This document shows, in pieces, positions 38,763 through 55,800 of a stretch of 64,000 bases of DNA. Under the pieces are notes generated by a model. It ran no database searches. It was not told the DNA's origin and was given only the letters and a program-made list of their open reading frames with translations. This DNA is from Cycas panzhihuaensis (taxonomy: Eukaryota > Plantae > Cycadophyta), in contig CM041465.1 in NCBI GenBank assembly GCA_023213395.1, positions 233,623,741-233,687,740 on the forward strand, written 5' to 3'. The first letter of the stretch is position 1. Each line of letters opens with the position of its first letter. Both the position numbers and the translations under genes were made by a program.

Positions 38763-40340
38763 AACTTAGATACTAAGGTATCTAATAAACATATTGTAAG
38801 GGATATCAACTTTAGGAAAACAAAACTACAATGATTTGAACTTGGAAGAAAGGATTCTTGTTTCAGATGTAGGGAAAGGTAGGGTCCAATATATAAATAC
38901 ACTAGGGATTAGCTTTATGCGATAAAACTAGAACTAAAATTAGTAGAAGAAATTAAGAGGGATAAAATCAATTTAGATTCTTTATAAGAAATTCTAAATA
39001 TAGAGGAAGATGTCCCTTAAATATCTTTCTCAATAATGTTGGGGTTAAGAAGGTCCAATATACTTGAGCTACGAGGATATATTAAGAAGGGATTGGTAAC
39101 AATCTTAATTGATCTAGGGAGCATCTATAATTTCATAAATTGATTTACAACTTAATGCCCAAAGTTGTTCCCAACTAAGATACTCAAGTTTCAAGTAAGT
39201 ATTGGTGGCATGCTAAAAATATTAAGGCAAGATAAACTTGAAAATCTTAAATTAGAAATTAGGGATACAACCTTGAACAAAACTTCTACATCATAGAGGT
39301 AAGCAGAGTACATATAATGTAAGGATATTAATGGTTGTAAATTCTCAATACCATGGAAGTAAATATAGATGAGCTTTTCATATAATATAATAAAAGAGAA
39401 AACAAATCATGTTGTAAGTGAAATGACCTACAAAAAAAAAAGATAGTGTCATCATATCAAATAGAAAAACTCATGAGTGAAAGACGCATAGGTATGGTAG
39501 CCCAGTTGTTCTCTCTACAAGTAGAAGTAGAGGAGGAAATTAAGGTGGAATCATAAGTGCAAGAAATAATAAACAAATAAGAGGAAGTTTTTCAAGACCT
39601 CCTTACAGGATTATGCCCTAATTGTAAAACATAACATGTAATTAAATTAAAACATGGCATAATATCTATAATGGTTAATCCTTATAAACATCTACATCAC
39701 TATAAGAATAAGATAGAAAAAAATGTATAAGATTTACAATGTTAAACATTTTGGTTAGAAAAATAGATGGTTTATTCTATATATGCATCAATTATCATGT
39801 CTTTAATAAAGCCATAATAATAAATTATTTTCTAATTTTAAGAATTGAAGAACTACTAGATAAGCTCCCTAAAGCCAAACATTTTACAAAAAATTAATCT
39901 TTCTTTAAGATATCACTAGATTGGGATTAAAGAAGAAGATACTCCCAAAAAAACTTTTTGTTCTCATCATGGCCATTAAGAGTTCAAAGTGATGCCTTTC
40001 AACCTCACAAATACTCTAACTACTTTCTTAGCAATAATGAATAGAATTCTAGCATAATTTTTATGAAAAATTTATGTTTATTTTCTTTAATAATATTATA
40101 ATATATAGTAGGTGGTAGAAGGAACACGTCACTTACATCAAGAAGGTCTTAAATCTGTTATGAAAAACTACTTATATATGTTACTCTAAGTGTATTTTCA
40201 CTAAAGAAGAGGCTAAGTACTTAAGATACATTATCTCTAGAGGAGTCAAAGTAACTTCTGTAAATATTAAAGTTTTCTTGGAATGGTCCATACCCAAGAA
40301 TATTACTAGACTAAGGAGATTTCTGGGGCTCATAAGATAT
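38763..40340 (+). pseudogene. Continuation of the host chromovirus-type Gypsy (gag C-terminus, protease, RT), cut off at about 40340
   Basis: CFRCRER*GP..K; ILIDLGSIYNFI protease; PYK.., FKVMPFNLTN, FF(NN)I.IYS, YL.YIIS, LR.FLGL..Y. Joins logically to 22070-22523 through the 78-bp island 32269-32346. Confidence 0.88.
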
Positions 40341-40740
40341 TGACTGCAGATGAGTAAGGGAAGAGAATGTATAGATCATGACCTCGAAGTAGATCCAAAG
40401 GGTATGGGAGAGCTAAATGAGGAAGGATGCAAGTATACTCCCCCCATAGGGGCACTTGTGTATCTCTTATACACAATCATGGGGATGAAGGACATGATGC
40501 TTGATTAGCTAAGCTAAAGGCAACATGTAGGTGTATGTGACATGCCAAGAAAAGATAAAAATAAAAAGGAAAGGAATTGAAACTAATTATAACTAATCAA
40601 CAAAAGTTGAAGGGTATTATGTAAAGAGGCAAATGAAATAGGCATGTATCAACCAATAAATCAAGTTGAATACAAACTAGTAGCAACTGAGGTAAGATTA
40701 ATTAACCTATGACAAGTGTCCTCAAGAGGACTAAACAACA

Positions 40741-42700
40741 TATAAAAGCCCTCACAATATAAGGGGGTTAATCAAGTGTGAATGCCTATAACTTCTATGT
40801 CATTACATGCCTATCCTATGTAGCTAAAATCCCCAAGGCTAACTAGCCTATCCTAACCCCCTTAGCTCCTACACTTGACCTAAAAATGATAAACTAGATC
40901 TAAAAGGATAGGGAAGTGATTACCTAGAGTGAGAGGTCTAAAGGAATCAAGATCATAGAATAGATCTACTCATAGATTAGTTAGTAAGACTCATTAATAT
41001 CGATGATGGCTCTTATATATATATATACAAGAGTGGCCTGATAGTATTTATATTAGATTCTAATAAACCTCAAGCTTTAAGTGGGTAAAGGAAGGTAGAG
41101 GTCATTGCTCTCAATAAGAGAGATGAAGTTCACTCGACTATCTATGTCTTATATATTAGCATATGGTGAGGATAGGCACACTTCAATTGCCTATTTGGAA
41201 TACAAATTAGAGACTCAACACCTAAAGGTGTAAGACAACCTCTCTCATCTAGCAATGACAACTAGGTAGAAAGATAACTTTCCCCCCTCTTTGATGGAAA
41301 GAATGACCCTACCCTAATAGAGGTGAAAGAAGTAAATAAAGGACACACCTAATACATCTAATATACAATTTTAATTAGATGAAAAGAACAAATTATCCTA
41401 GTTAACCAGAGTAGAATGTTGCTCCATGAATTTAAGGACCTATAATAGGTGTAATCCTCTCCTTTGTTAGGCCTTTGAGAAAGCACACATCATAACAAAA
41501 TAAGGATACAAATGTCGTATGCAAAATGCAACCAAAATAAAGGAAATATCTTTTGACCCTTTCTCTTTTTGTTCTTTTTTCTCTTTCCCCTTTTTCTTTA
41601 AAAGAAAATCCTATAGGCAAGGATGAAAGTAGTTAGGCAAAAATACTTAAACATGCAAGAAGATATCATTTTCCTGAGACACTTCTTTTCCAAAGCAAAA
41701 TTATAAAATGAAATAATGATATAGGTGCCTTTTTCCTTTAGTAAATAAAGCTACTAAAGTGAGGTTAATGCAAAATGCCTAATAGGACACACTAAATAAC
41801 AAGTTTTACACCTTTTTAAGCAAATTATAGCTCACCAAACTACCAAATAAGACTAAATAGTAGTTAGTCTAACACACATTTATCAAAATAACCAAATTTC
41901 TAGAAAAAATTCAGCAACATTTCTACTTACCGAATCAAGCTATGATGAGAAAAGTTTGTGTAGGAATCTCAAATGCTAAAAAAATGTAATAAAAATACCT
42001 CAATACTAACTTGTATTATAGCCTTTTCTAGTTGATTTTTAATAGTATAATGACTATATAATAAGCACCAAAGCTTGATGGGAAAGTGATGGAGAGAGAG
42101 AAAAGAGAGGAGAGTGTCCAACTTGCTCCATATGCTCAAATACCAACAACAACAACATAGAGCTCCTCCACTTATAAGAGTTAATGACATGCACCCAACT
42201 ATTGAAGAGAAAATCATGGAAAAGCTACCAAATAAATAAATTCTACAAAGCATGTGAAACAACTTAATAGCAAATAAGGAATGGGCCTAAGAAATGGAAA
42301 CTTGTCCACTTCCTTTAGAGACCAAATGAGTAAATACTGGGCCATCCTTCATCTACAAGACACTAATACTTAAAGAAGGTGAAGCATGATAAAGGAAAAC
42401 AAACTAAAATCAAAGTAATATGTTGGCATATAAAAGGCAAAGCAATGCTAAAAAATAAAATAGATCAAACCTTGGGACAAGGGTGAAAATTTTGGATTTG
42501 TGGGAGGATTACCCCATTATAAAGGATGAAGGGATTCCAGTGACAATCAAATCTAATCAAATAATACTATAATATGTCAAATAATCAACCTTGAAGTCAA
42601 GAATAGAAGCTAGTGAAGGGAATTAAGTGAACTCAAGAAGTCTAATAATAATCTGACAACATAGCAATAACTCAATGCAATCTCAACTTGACCTCCCCTT
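40741..42700 (-). mobile_element. Possible 3' end of an LTR element (SIRE-like Copia?): LTR about 40741-41278, PPT 41281-41290, upstream extra-ORF remnant
   Basis: TCCCCCCTCTTTGATG (minus-strand PPT) and AAGGGGGTTAATCA near 40761, resembling the GAGGGGGGTGAAT LTR-end motif; no pol motifs seen. Confidence 0.4.
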
Positions 42701-43421
42701 CCAATGAAAAAAGGGACGAATTAATAGATGAGGGTAAGGGGTTAGGTACATGGTTTTAAGCCCCTTGTTTTAGGAGAAGCCATGGGTAGAAGCCCATAGA
42801 TTTGGAAGAAATCAAGGGCCATGGGCATTGAATAGCCCATGGTTTCATCAAAACCAATGGGCCATCCATGGTTTTGATGGGGCAATAAATGAGGCTCATA
42901 TTTGGGTGCCATTAATGCATAGCCAAACGTGAGCTTTAAAAAAATTATAAGTGTAAAATATCATACTACGAAGTTTGAAGTAGTACGCAAAAAATCTTTA
43001 TGATACCATCAAGCTTTGCTTTTTCTTACTTTGTTATGCAAAAATTGGTCAAGTATATCATAAAACAGGAATGAAAGTGAGATAAGCAATTGACTTAGTG
43101 GTATAAGAAGAAAATGAGTAAAAATAGATCAAATCTAAGGAAAACAAGTCTAAACGAGCAAACTAAGGATGAGAAGGACATAAACATAGTAAGAGAAAGA
43201 TGAAATATATCTTACAAAGGTACTAAGAGGTTGTTATTAACTCATCAAGCTCAAAGAGAGAATAATAAAGCCATCGACCATGGTCAAAATCATCATTGGC
43301 AAGATACAATCATACTCATCCAACAAATACATAGGCAAACAAGGTCATATACTCATAAAATAGCTACTCTAATCTATACTAAGCTATGCTAACTAAATAG
43401 TAAGCACATACCCTCACATGT

Positions 43422-44800
43422 TGTGATGCCCATGACATTTCTAAATTATAAGAAACACTTACAACCTTGGTAATAAAACCTCTTTAGATAATGGCTATAA
43501 GATGGTGAATACTATCAATAATATTTTATTTAATTTATTAGTAAGCCCATAAATATGAAAGGGGAAGCTAGTCTTCTATAATTTAACCTCCTTAGTAAGT
43601 GTTCAGAGAATGTTGCCCTTAGTTTAGCCTTGTCGATAAGAACTTCAAAGGTGCACTAACTAGGGTGGAAGATTAATCCGTGAAAGGTGAGCTAGTGGCT
43701 ATGACAAACTTAGATGAACACAAATAGGGCCAGCATACTTTATCCTTTATAGTGGCTATTTCTCAGAGTGGTCTTAGGTGGTTGAGGGATTGCCTCAGTA
43801 GGCAAAAAGGGTTGAGTATGATAGTTAAAGATTTTGGCTCAAGAGCCATAGGACTTAGGCAAAAGTGGGAATGCCTTAAATGCCAAGAGATAAGGATTTA
43901 AAGGTCAAGGATAATCACGATAGTTTAGCTTTATTAGTAGTTGTTTCTTAAAGGAGGAATTATTTGGGCTTATTTAAGAGCTAAGTTTTTTGGTTTTATA
44001 ATTATTTTTAGTTTTTCATTATTTTGTGATGTTTTTAGATTTTTTATTATTTTATAATATTTTTGTATTATTAGTTGATTTCTAAAAGGAAAATAGGTTA
44101 AAAGGAAACAATACAAATCGAAAAGCATGAGATTGTAGACATTGTAGGGGCGATATCCCTTTTGAAAAGTCGTAGTTAGATCAAATACTTATAAATTTAT
44201 AAGATAATTTATCCTTATTATAGAGCAAGAGTGGCAGTTTAGGCTCTGATTGGATCAAAGTAGAAAGTTGGTATGTTATCCCAACCTCACCAATAGGTAT
44301 AATATCCTGAGGTTATCACCATAGTTTAATCTCTTAAGTGAGTGCCTCTCAAAGGTGGCAATAAGGAAGATGGTATGTAGACTTGGTTTCATTAGGGGGC
44401 TTGATGGCCTTAAAGAGGATCGCCCACCTATGGTAGATGATGCTTGAGGATAAAGGTAACTAATTAATCCATCTTAGTGTTGTGTCTCTGTGGGATGTGG
44501 TGGATTGATATTATAGAAAACTGGGCTAAAAATTACCTAGCATGATTAGGAAGAGTGCATAGTTAAGGGCAATGAACTTGGTAGACTTAGGTAAGCTGGT
44601 AGACAATAAGCTGGGAGTTAAAAAGCAATAAGATAGGGCCATGGTAAACTTGTAATGCATTATTCAAGGTCTCAATGATAGCAGTATACTCAATTATATT
44701 ATTAGTTGTTATAAGGTAGGTAGATCCTAGACTAAATCAAGATATGTCCTAAATGATCTCAGATGGTCCAAACTATAATAAATAAGCTAGGGTTTCTACA
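43422..44800. mobile_element. Possible Gypsy-type LTR (TGTGATGCCC...GGTTTCTACA)
   Basis: Terminal motifs only; no TSD or partner LTR found. Confidence 0.25.
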
Positions 44801-45213
44801 GTTACCCCTGTTAGTGTGACTGATTAATGCCATGGACAAATGCAACAATAATACAAAGATAAATTAATAAATAGGGGAATGGAGTGGGAATTAATAAATG
44901 TCACTAAGGCTTAGGTTTATGTGGTCACTTTAACTATAAAGATATGTTAAACATGGATCCCCATAGGTGGCTCAGTGTCACTATCATGATAGGTTTCCTT
45001 AATTTATTCTAATCCTCAAAATACCAAATAGGTTTTAATCATGATTAAGGCCACAATGGACCTAAACAACCAGACTCGAAGGTCCTAAATGACCCATACA
45101 TTTAGACCCAAACTACAAACCACAAGTGGGAATGAAGACAACATGTGACTTATCTCATATATTAAGAAGGTAATGAGGGGTATATACATAAATTTATATA
45201 TTTACAATATCTT

Positions 45214-49882
<4,669 letters not shown>

Positions 49883-52800
49883 ATATTTAAGGTCTGTATA
49901 CACAAATTTTTTTATTTTTTAAATATGAAAAAGTGCTGTGGCAATGAGCCAACTCATGGAGGACTAAGTAAACCAAAACATGACAGCATGTTTTAATATA
50001 GTGAAGACACATAGGACCTAAGAGATTAGTGAAGAGGGTTAAACTATGGGGAAAATAAGGGTAGTTCATATGAATCATCTCTAAGATCTTTCATATGGGA
50101 CATACGCAAGAAAAGGGCCCTCAAGAAGGTAACTATAACAAGTTGGGCCATCTGTTACAACGAAGATCACACAGGACTACTATTAGGGAGCAAATCATAT
50201 GATAAGAACATTAAGAGCATATGTTATATGTTGTGAAAGTGGCATTCTTGCATATAGGTGATTCCACATGGTAAACTTGAAAGAAAGTAAGAACACCTAT
50301 AATCTATAAAGGGCAAGTGTTGGGTAGCAGTAAGGGATTCATAAGCTGACTACATGGTTAGGACAGTGTTACAACATTGAGACAATTGACTATAAACACA
50401 ATCATATATTAGAAGAGCTACCTCAAGGCTCAGATAAAGTCAAAGCATATAAACAAAAGGGGGGTCAAGTGATACTTAACAAGTAAAAGGCCTGCAAGGC
50501 TTATAAAGATATAATTAACTCTAGGAAAAAAAGGAGTAACTTTTGGGTCATTAATATGCTTGCTAATTACTTGTTTTAATGACCATGAAGGGGCATTATA
50601 TATTGTAGGGTAAAACAAAGTGGCTATACCAATGGTCGTACTGATAACATAATTAAGAAACATCAAAAGTTGGGATCCTACCATAATAGATTAGGTGAGA
50701 AACAAAGACCTAGAAGTCAAGTTATAGCCCTTATAAAAACATGTTTTAATAGGTTCATGTTTTCAATTTTACTTATGAGATTTAAAATTTTTTTCTTAGA
50801 AAACCTAAAAAGATTATTTAACTTAGTGAGCTTCCCAAGATTATGTTTGATAAACTAAGTATTAGAATTATACTTGATGAGATTCATTAGACTCAGAAGA
50901 ACATGATGGATGCTTAAGCTTGAGATTCAGTGGCCAAACTTATCATTTTATTTACAAATTAAATTTTTATTAATTTGGGGGTTTGGTAAGGTTATGCCCT
51001 AATTTACTCATTTTAGTTAAAAAGAGTCCAATTGGAGCTTTGTTTGAGGCAAGATCAGGGTAGTTTGTTATCCCAACCATTTCCAATAGATCATTTTTTA
51101 TCCAGAAAAAATATATATTTTTTGTGATTTTTATAAAAAATCTTATTTTTTTGGGGCACGCAAATTTTTGTAATATGTCTTATTTTTTTTCATGGTATCG
51201 TGATGAATCTTTATATGATATACTATTGGGTGAAGGATCTAGTTGTCACACTCCAATATACTAAAGCAATGGCACATAATAAGAGTAAAACGAAGAGAAC
51301 AAAATTGAGAGAAAAAATGAGAGGTGAGAATTATGACTCTCCCTTTCACATTTAGCCTTATATATTAGAGGATGTACATTAGGGTTTTCAAAGGAGTTTC
51401 CTTCCTAATGACATGATCCCAAAATTACACTTAAATATAAATGAAATTATATTTAACTATGTGACTTAGCTAACCTAAAGTCACCTTCATATAATTAATA
51501 TAATAACCTTGATGCATTAACATCCATAAATCCCCCCCTTAATGGTAAAAGGTCATTATGATAAAATCTATTCTATAAGGTCTTCATTTAAGCCTTATTA
51601 TTACATTGACACTTTTGTGGTAAAACTCTCATAGGGAATGAAAACCCATAAACTTTCTAAGATCTATAGCCCCTTAAATCAAAATGGCTAAGGTGGCTCT
51701 TGATGTAGCCTGATAGGCAAGCAACTTAACTGTGCAACTTAATCTACTGAGTCTCCATATACTATTTAGTCATCCCCCATGCCCTTTCAGGTTTTCATAG
51801 GTTTCGATTTTACAAGACTAGTATAATCCTTATCCTTTTGTGCCCACAAGGTGTTTTTAAAAATAGGATAGAGCAGAGACTTACTCTTATTCTTTAATGC
51901 CCATAAGGGGTTTTCACAAATGGAATAGAGTATGATGATCCAGTTGTCATCTCCTCTAATTAGTTAGAGATAGAGGCCTGAAGGCCAAGCTACCTATAAA
52001 ACTATTTAAATTTCACCTTTTGCAATGGTTTAGTGAAGATACCATCCACTTGATATGCTGTGGGGTAGTACTCTAGTTGAATTTTGCCATCATGAACTAG
52101 TTCTCAAATCCTATGGACTTTCGTACTTATGTATTTTGTACGATTATAAAATAAAGGTTTTTTTGCTATGTAGATTACTGATTGATTATCCACACAAAGT
52201 CTAGTAGTACTTGTTTGGGTGATATTTAATGTTTTTAATAATTTCCTAAGCTATATCACCTCTTTGCTGGTCTCAAAAGTAGCAATGTATTTAGCTTCAA
52301 TAGTTGAATTAGTAATTGTCTTCTATCGTCTAGATCTCCATAATATTAGTGCTATTCTAAGAAACGTTATGTGCCCAGATATGGATCTCCTTATGTCTTT
52401 ATCTTTGGCATTTTGAGTTTATGTATGCATATAGTTTGAACTCTGAATTAGGTTTATACAATAGACCATATTTACTAGTCATCTTAAGGTATCTCAACAC
52501 TTATACTACTGCCTGCTAGTGATTTTACTTAGGATATATCATGTAACGAGCAAGAATACTTATAAAGTGTGTAATATTAGGTCTTGTATTAGCAGTATAG
52601 ATGAGACTACTAATAAGTTATCTGTAAAGTATTGTGTCTACCTTTCGATCATCACCATCAACTATTAGTTTGATATTAGGTTCCATTAAAGTGGCTATAG
52701 TTTAAGTATCTTCTAACTGAAACTTTGTTAGAAGATTGTTGATGTACTTTTCTTAAGAAAGAAAGATTTTACCATCTTTCTGAGTGACTTCAATCCCTAA

Positions 52801-55800
52801 GTAGTATTTCATCAACCTAAGGTTAAACAGTTTGAATATTTTAACTAAGTCCTTCTTTAGTTGGTTGATTGCCTATTCACTATTCTCTATTATAAGCATA
52901 TTTTCCATAAAGATTAAGAGATAAGGGGCTTTATCTTTTTGGTTTTTGATGAGAAGTGTTGCATCAATATCCTAGTAGTCACAAATCTCATATCTAAGTT
53001 ACCTCATTCTTTCTAACAACTTAGTGAACCAAACACAAGGGGCTTATTTAAGGTCATACAAGGACTTTTTGAGCCTGTACACCTTATGCTCTAGACTAGC
53101 AATCTCAAATCCTTTAGGTTGAGCCCTATAAATTTTTTCTTCAATATCACCATTGAGAAATATAGTTTTTACATCGAGCTAGTAAATCTTCTAACCCTGT
53201 TGAGTTGCTAAGGCCACAAGAGTTTTGATTGTAGGCCACTTAGTTGTAGGTGTAAAGACTTCAGTGTAGTTGATGCCTTCTCTTTGTGTGAATCCCTTTC
53301 CTACCAACTTTGCCTTGTGTTTTTCAAGGGTGCTATCAGATCTGTATTTATTTTTGTACACCCATTTATTTTAAACTATCTTTCTTTTAAGTGGTAGGTT
53401 GATGAGCTCATATGTACTATTTTTTATAAGAAATTGATACTCTTCATTCATGGCATTACTCCAAGCTATGTGTTTTATAGCTTCTTGGTATAAGAGGGGC
53501 TCTTCATTGAGAGCAAGATGTAGTTATACTAGTTCTAACTCAATGATTCCTATATCTTAGCTCTATAGGCACTTTGCATATCAATTTTGCCTACCTCATC
53601 ATGTCATATATCCTTATTTAGCTGGCAGGCTTCATGAGAACCTCAAGTTAGGAATGAGGTCTTCATTTATCCAACTATATGGTCTTTGTTTAGATCCTAA
53701 AAAGGATCATTTTACATATTTGTTAAGGAGGATGTTGACGTGTCTGGGGAGTATGGTCCATCTTGCACTACTTTACCTTTATCAACTCTACTGTTCTTAA
53801 ATGGTAGTGCATGGTGTGCACTCATTAGTTTAGAGTCATAACTACTATCCTCTGTGGATCTATTATCAGATTCCAATAGTTTGAGTAACTCTTAAGTGTC
53901 TTCCCCACTAAATTTTAAAATTTATACATCATATTGAGTAGTATTATAATAACAATAATTTGGTGTTTTGGAGTTTAATTATAATAATTGATCCTTTGTT
54001 TCAACAAACACTACATCTTTGGTGATAATAATCTTCTATTATAAATATATAAAGACCTTGTACCCTTTCTTATCCATAGGGTATCCAACAGATATGTCTT
54101 TAAGTGATTTGGGCTAGAGTTTATTTCTATCTCCATCCAATATATGGACATAACATATTGAGCCAAATGTTTTGAAGTGGTAGGCAGTGGGAGCTTGTCT
54201 AGTCTACTTTTCATTAAGAGAAGTTCCTCCTTTAGATGGGCTAACAATATTCATGTAATAAACAACTGTCCAAATTACTTCTGCCCATAGGTAAGCAAGT
54301 ATATTTTTATAAACTAGCACAGCTTGAGCTATATTCATAATAGACCTATTCATGTGCTTAGTAACTCTATTCTGTTGAGGGGTGCCTACTATTATAATAT
54401 GATACTTGATGTCGTTGTCTCATAGATAGGTTTTAAGCTCAGTAGAGGTATATTCTCTACTATTATCTGTTTAGAGATAGTTAATCTGATAACATGACTC
54501 ATTTTCAGTGTGAGCTTTAAAAGCTTTAAAGATACGAAATGCCTCATCTTTCCTAGTTAGAAAAGATACCTACACTTTCCTGGTAAAATCATTAATGAAG
54601 GATATATAATATAATTTATACTTCAATAATGGAATGGGCATTGGTTTGCATAGATCAGAGTATACTAATTGAAAAGGATGACTTGATTTCCACTAACTAT
54701 CAATAGAGGGTTATCTATGATATTTGGCTATGATACATACTTCACATTTTAAGGGCTTGGAGGAGAACTTGGGCATACTTGGAAGGGTATAACAAAGATC
54801 TCTAAGTCAATTAATATGAACATGGCCCATGTGAGCATGCCAAATAGTTTCTAGGGATAGCTTAGGATGTGTCAAAGTGGTATTAAAAGTAAAGTCTTCA
54901 TCAACATAAGGGCTTTGAGCATAATTAGCTTCAAAAGATGGGGAATCATTCAGCTTAAATAATTTGTTAGTAAGTTTTCTAGTCAAGACCACTCAATTTA
55001 TTAGAGGGTAAATTATCTAGAGAGTTTGTTCATTTGTGGTAATACTAAGATCAAATCCACGAGAGATAAGAGTAGATAAGGAAAGTAGGTTTTATTTTAG
55101 ATTAGGAATATATAAGACATCAAGTAATATAAAGTCTCTCAATCCTGAGAGTTTCAAGCATATGTTTCCAATACCTTTGATTAACTATTAGGATTTATCA
55201 GCTATGTGAATGACACCATATATATTAAAATCAAAAGTTTGATATAGATCCCAATTACATGTCATATATTGTATTGCATCTCTATCCATGATTCATGAGG
55301 AGGTGTTTGAAGTTATACTATTTATAGCTCCGAGAGGGGTTTGCATTGGTGACTCAAGATCACAAGTGGCATAGCCACAATGAGCTTCAAAATACCTCTT
55401 AGTTTGATCAAACAGTTCTTTCCTTAAGTCTTTAAATATATGCTTTAGCAAAACCTATGCCACCAAACTATTCTTCATATATTTCATCAATAGTATGAGC
55501 CTTATATTTTTGTTGAAACTTAGGCAACTTGTATGTAGGTATAGGATAATCTTTTGCAAGGTGTCCTTTCCTATTACACCTTTCACATATGATAATCTGA
55601 TTTCTAGTTCCTGAAGTACTGGTTTGGCCTGACTATCTTGCATTAAAAGGTGGCGCTTAGTCTTGAGATTGTCTAGGTTGCTATTTTTGAGGGTTCTATT
55701 GAATTTGTAGCCAATTTCCTCTACCTGATCCTCTACTCCTTGCTCAGTTATTTCCTCTACCATGAGAGGGACCCTGATTCTTTGAGAAGCATACTTATTC

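Noticed and set aside
51192-51203. TGGTATCG as a PBS
   Set aside because: Only 7 nt match and no associated LTR pair or gag follows.
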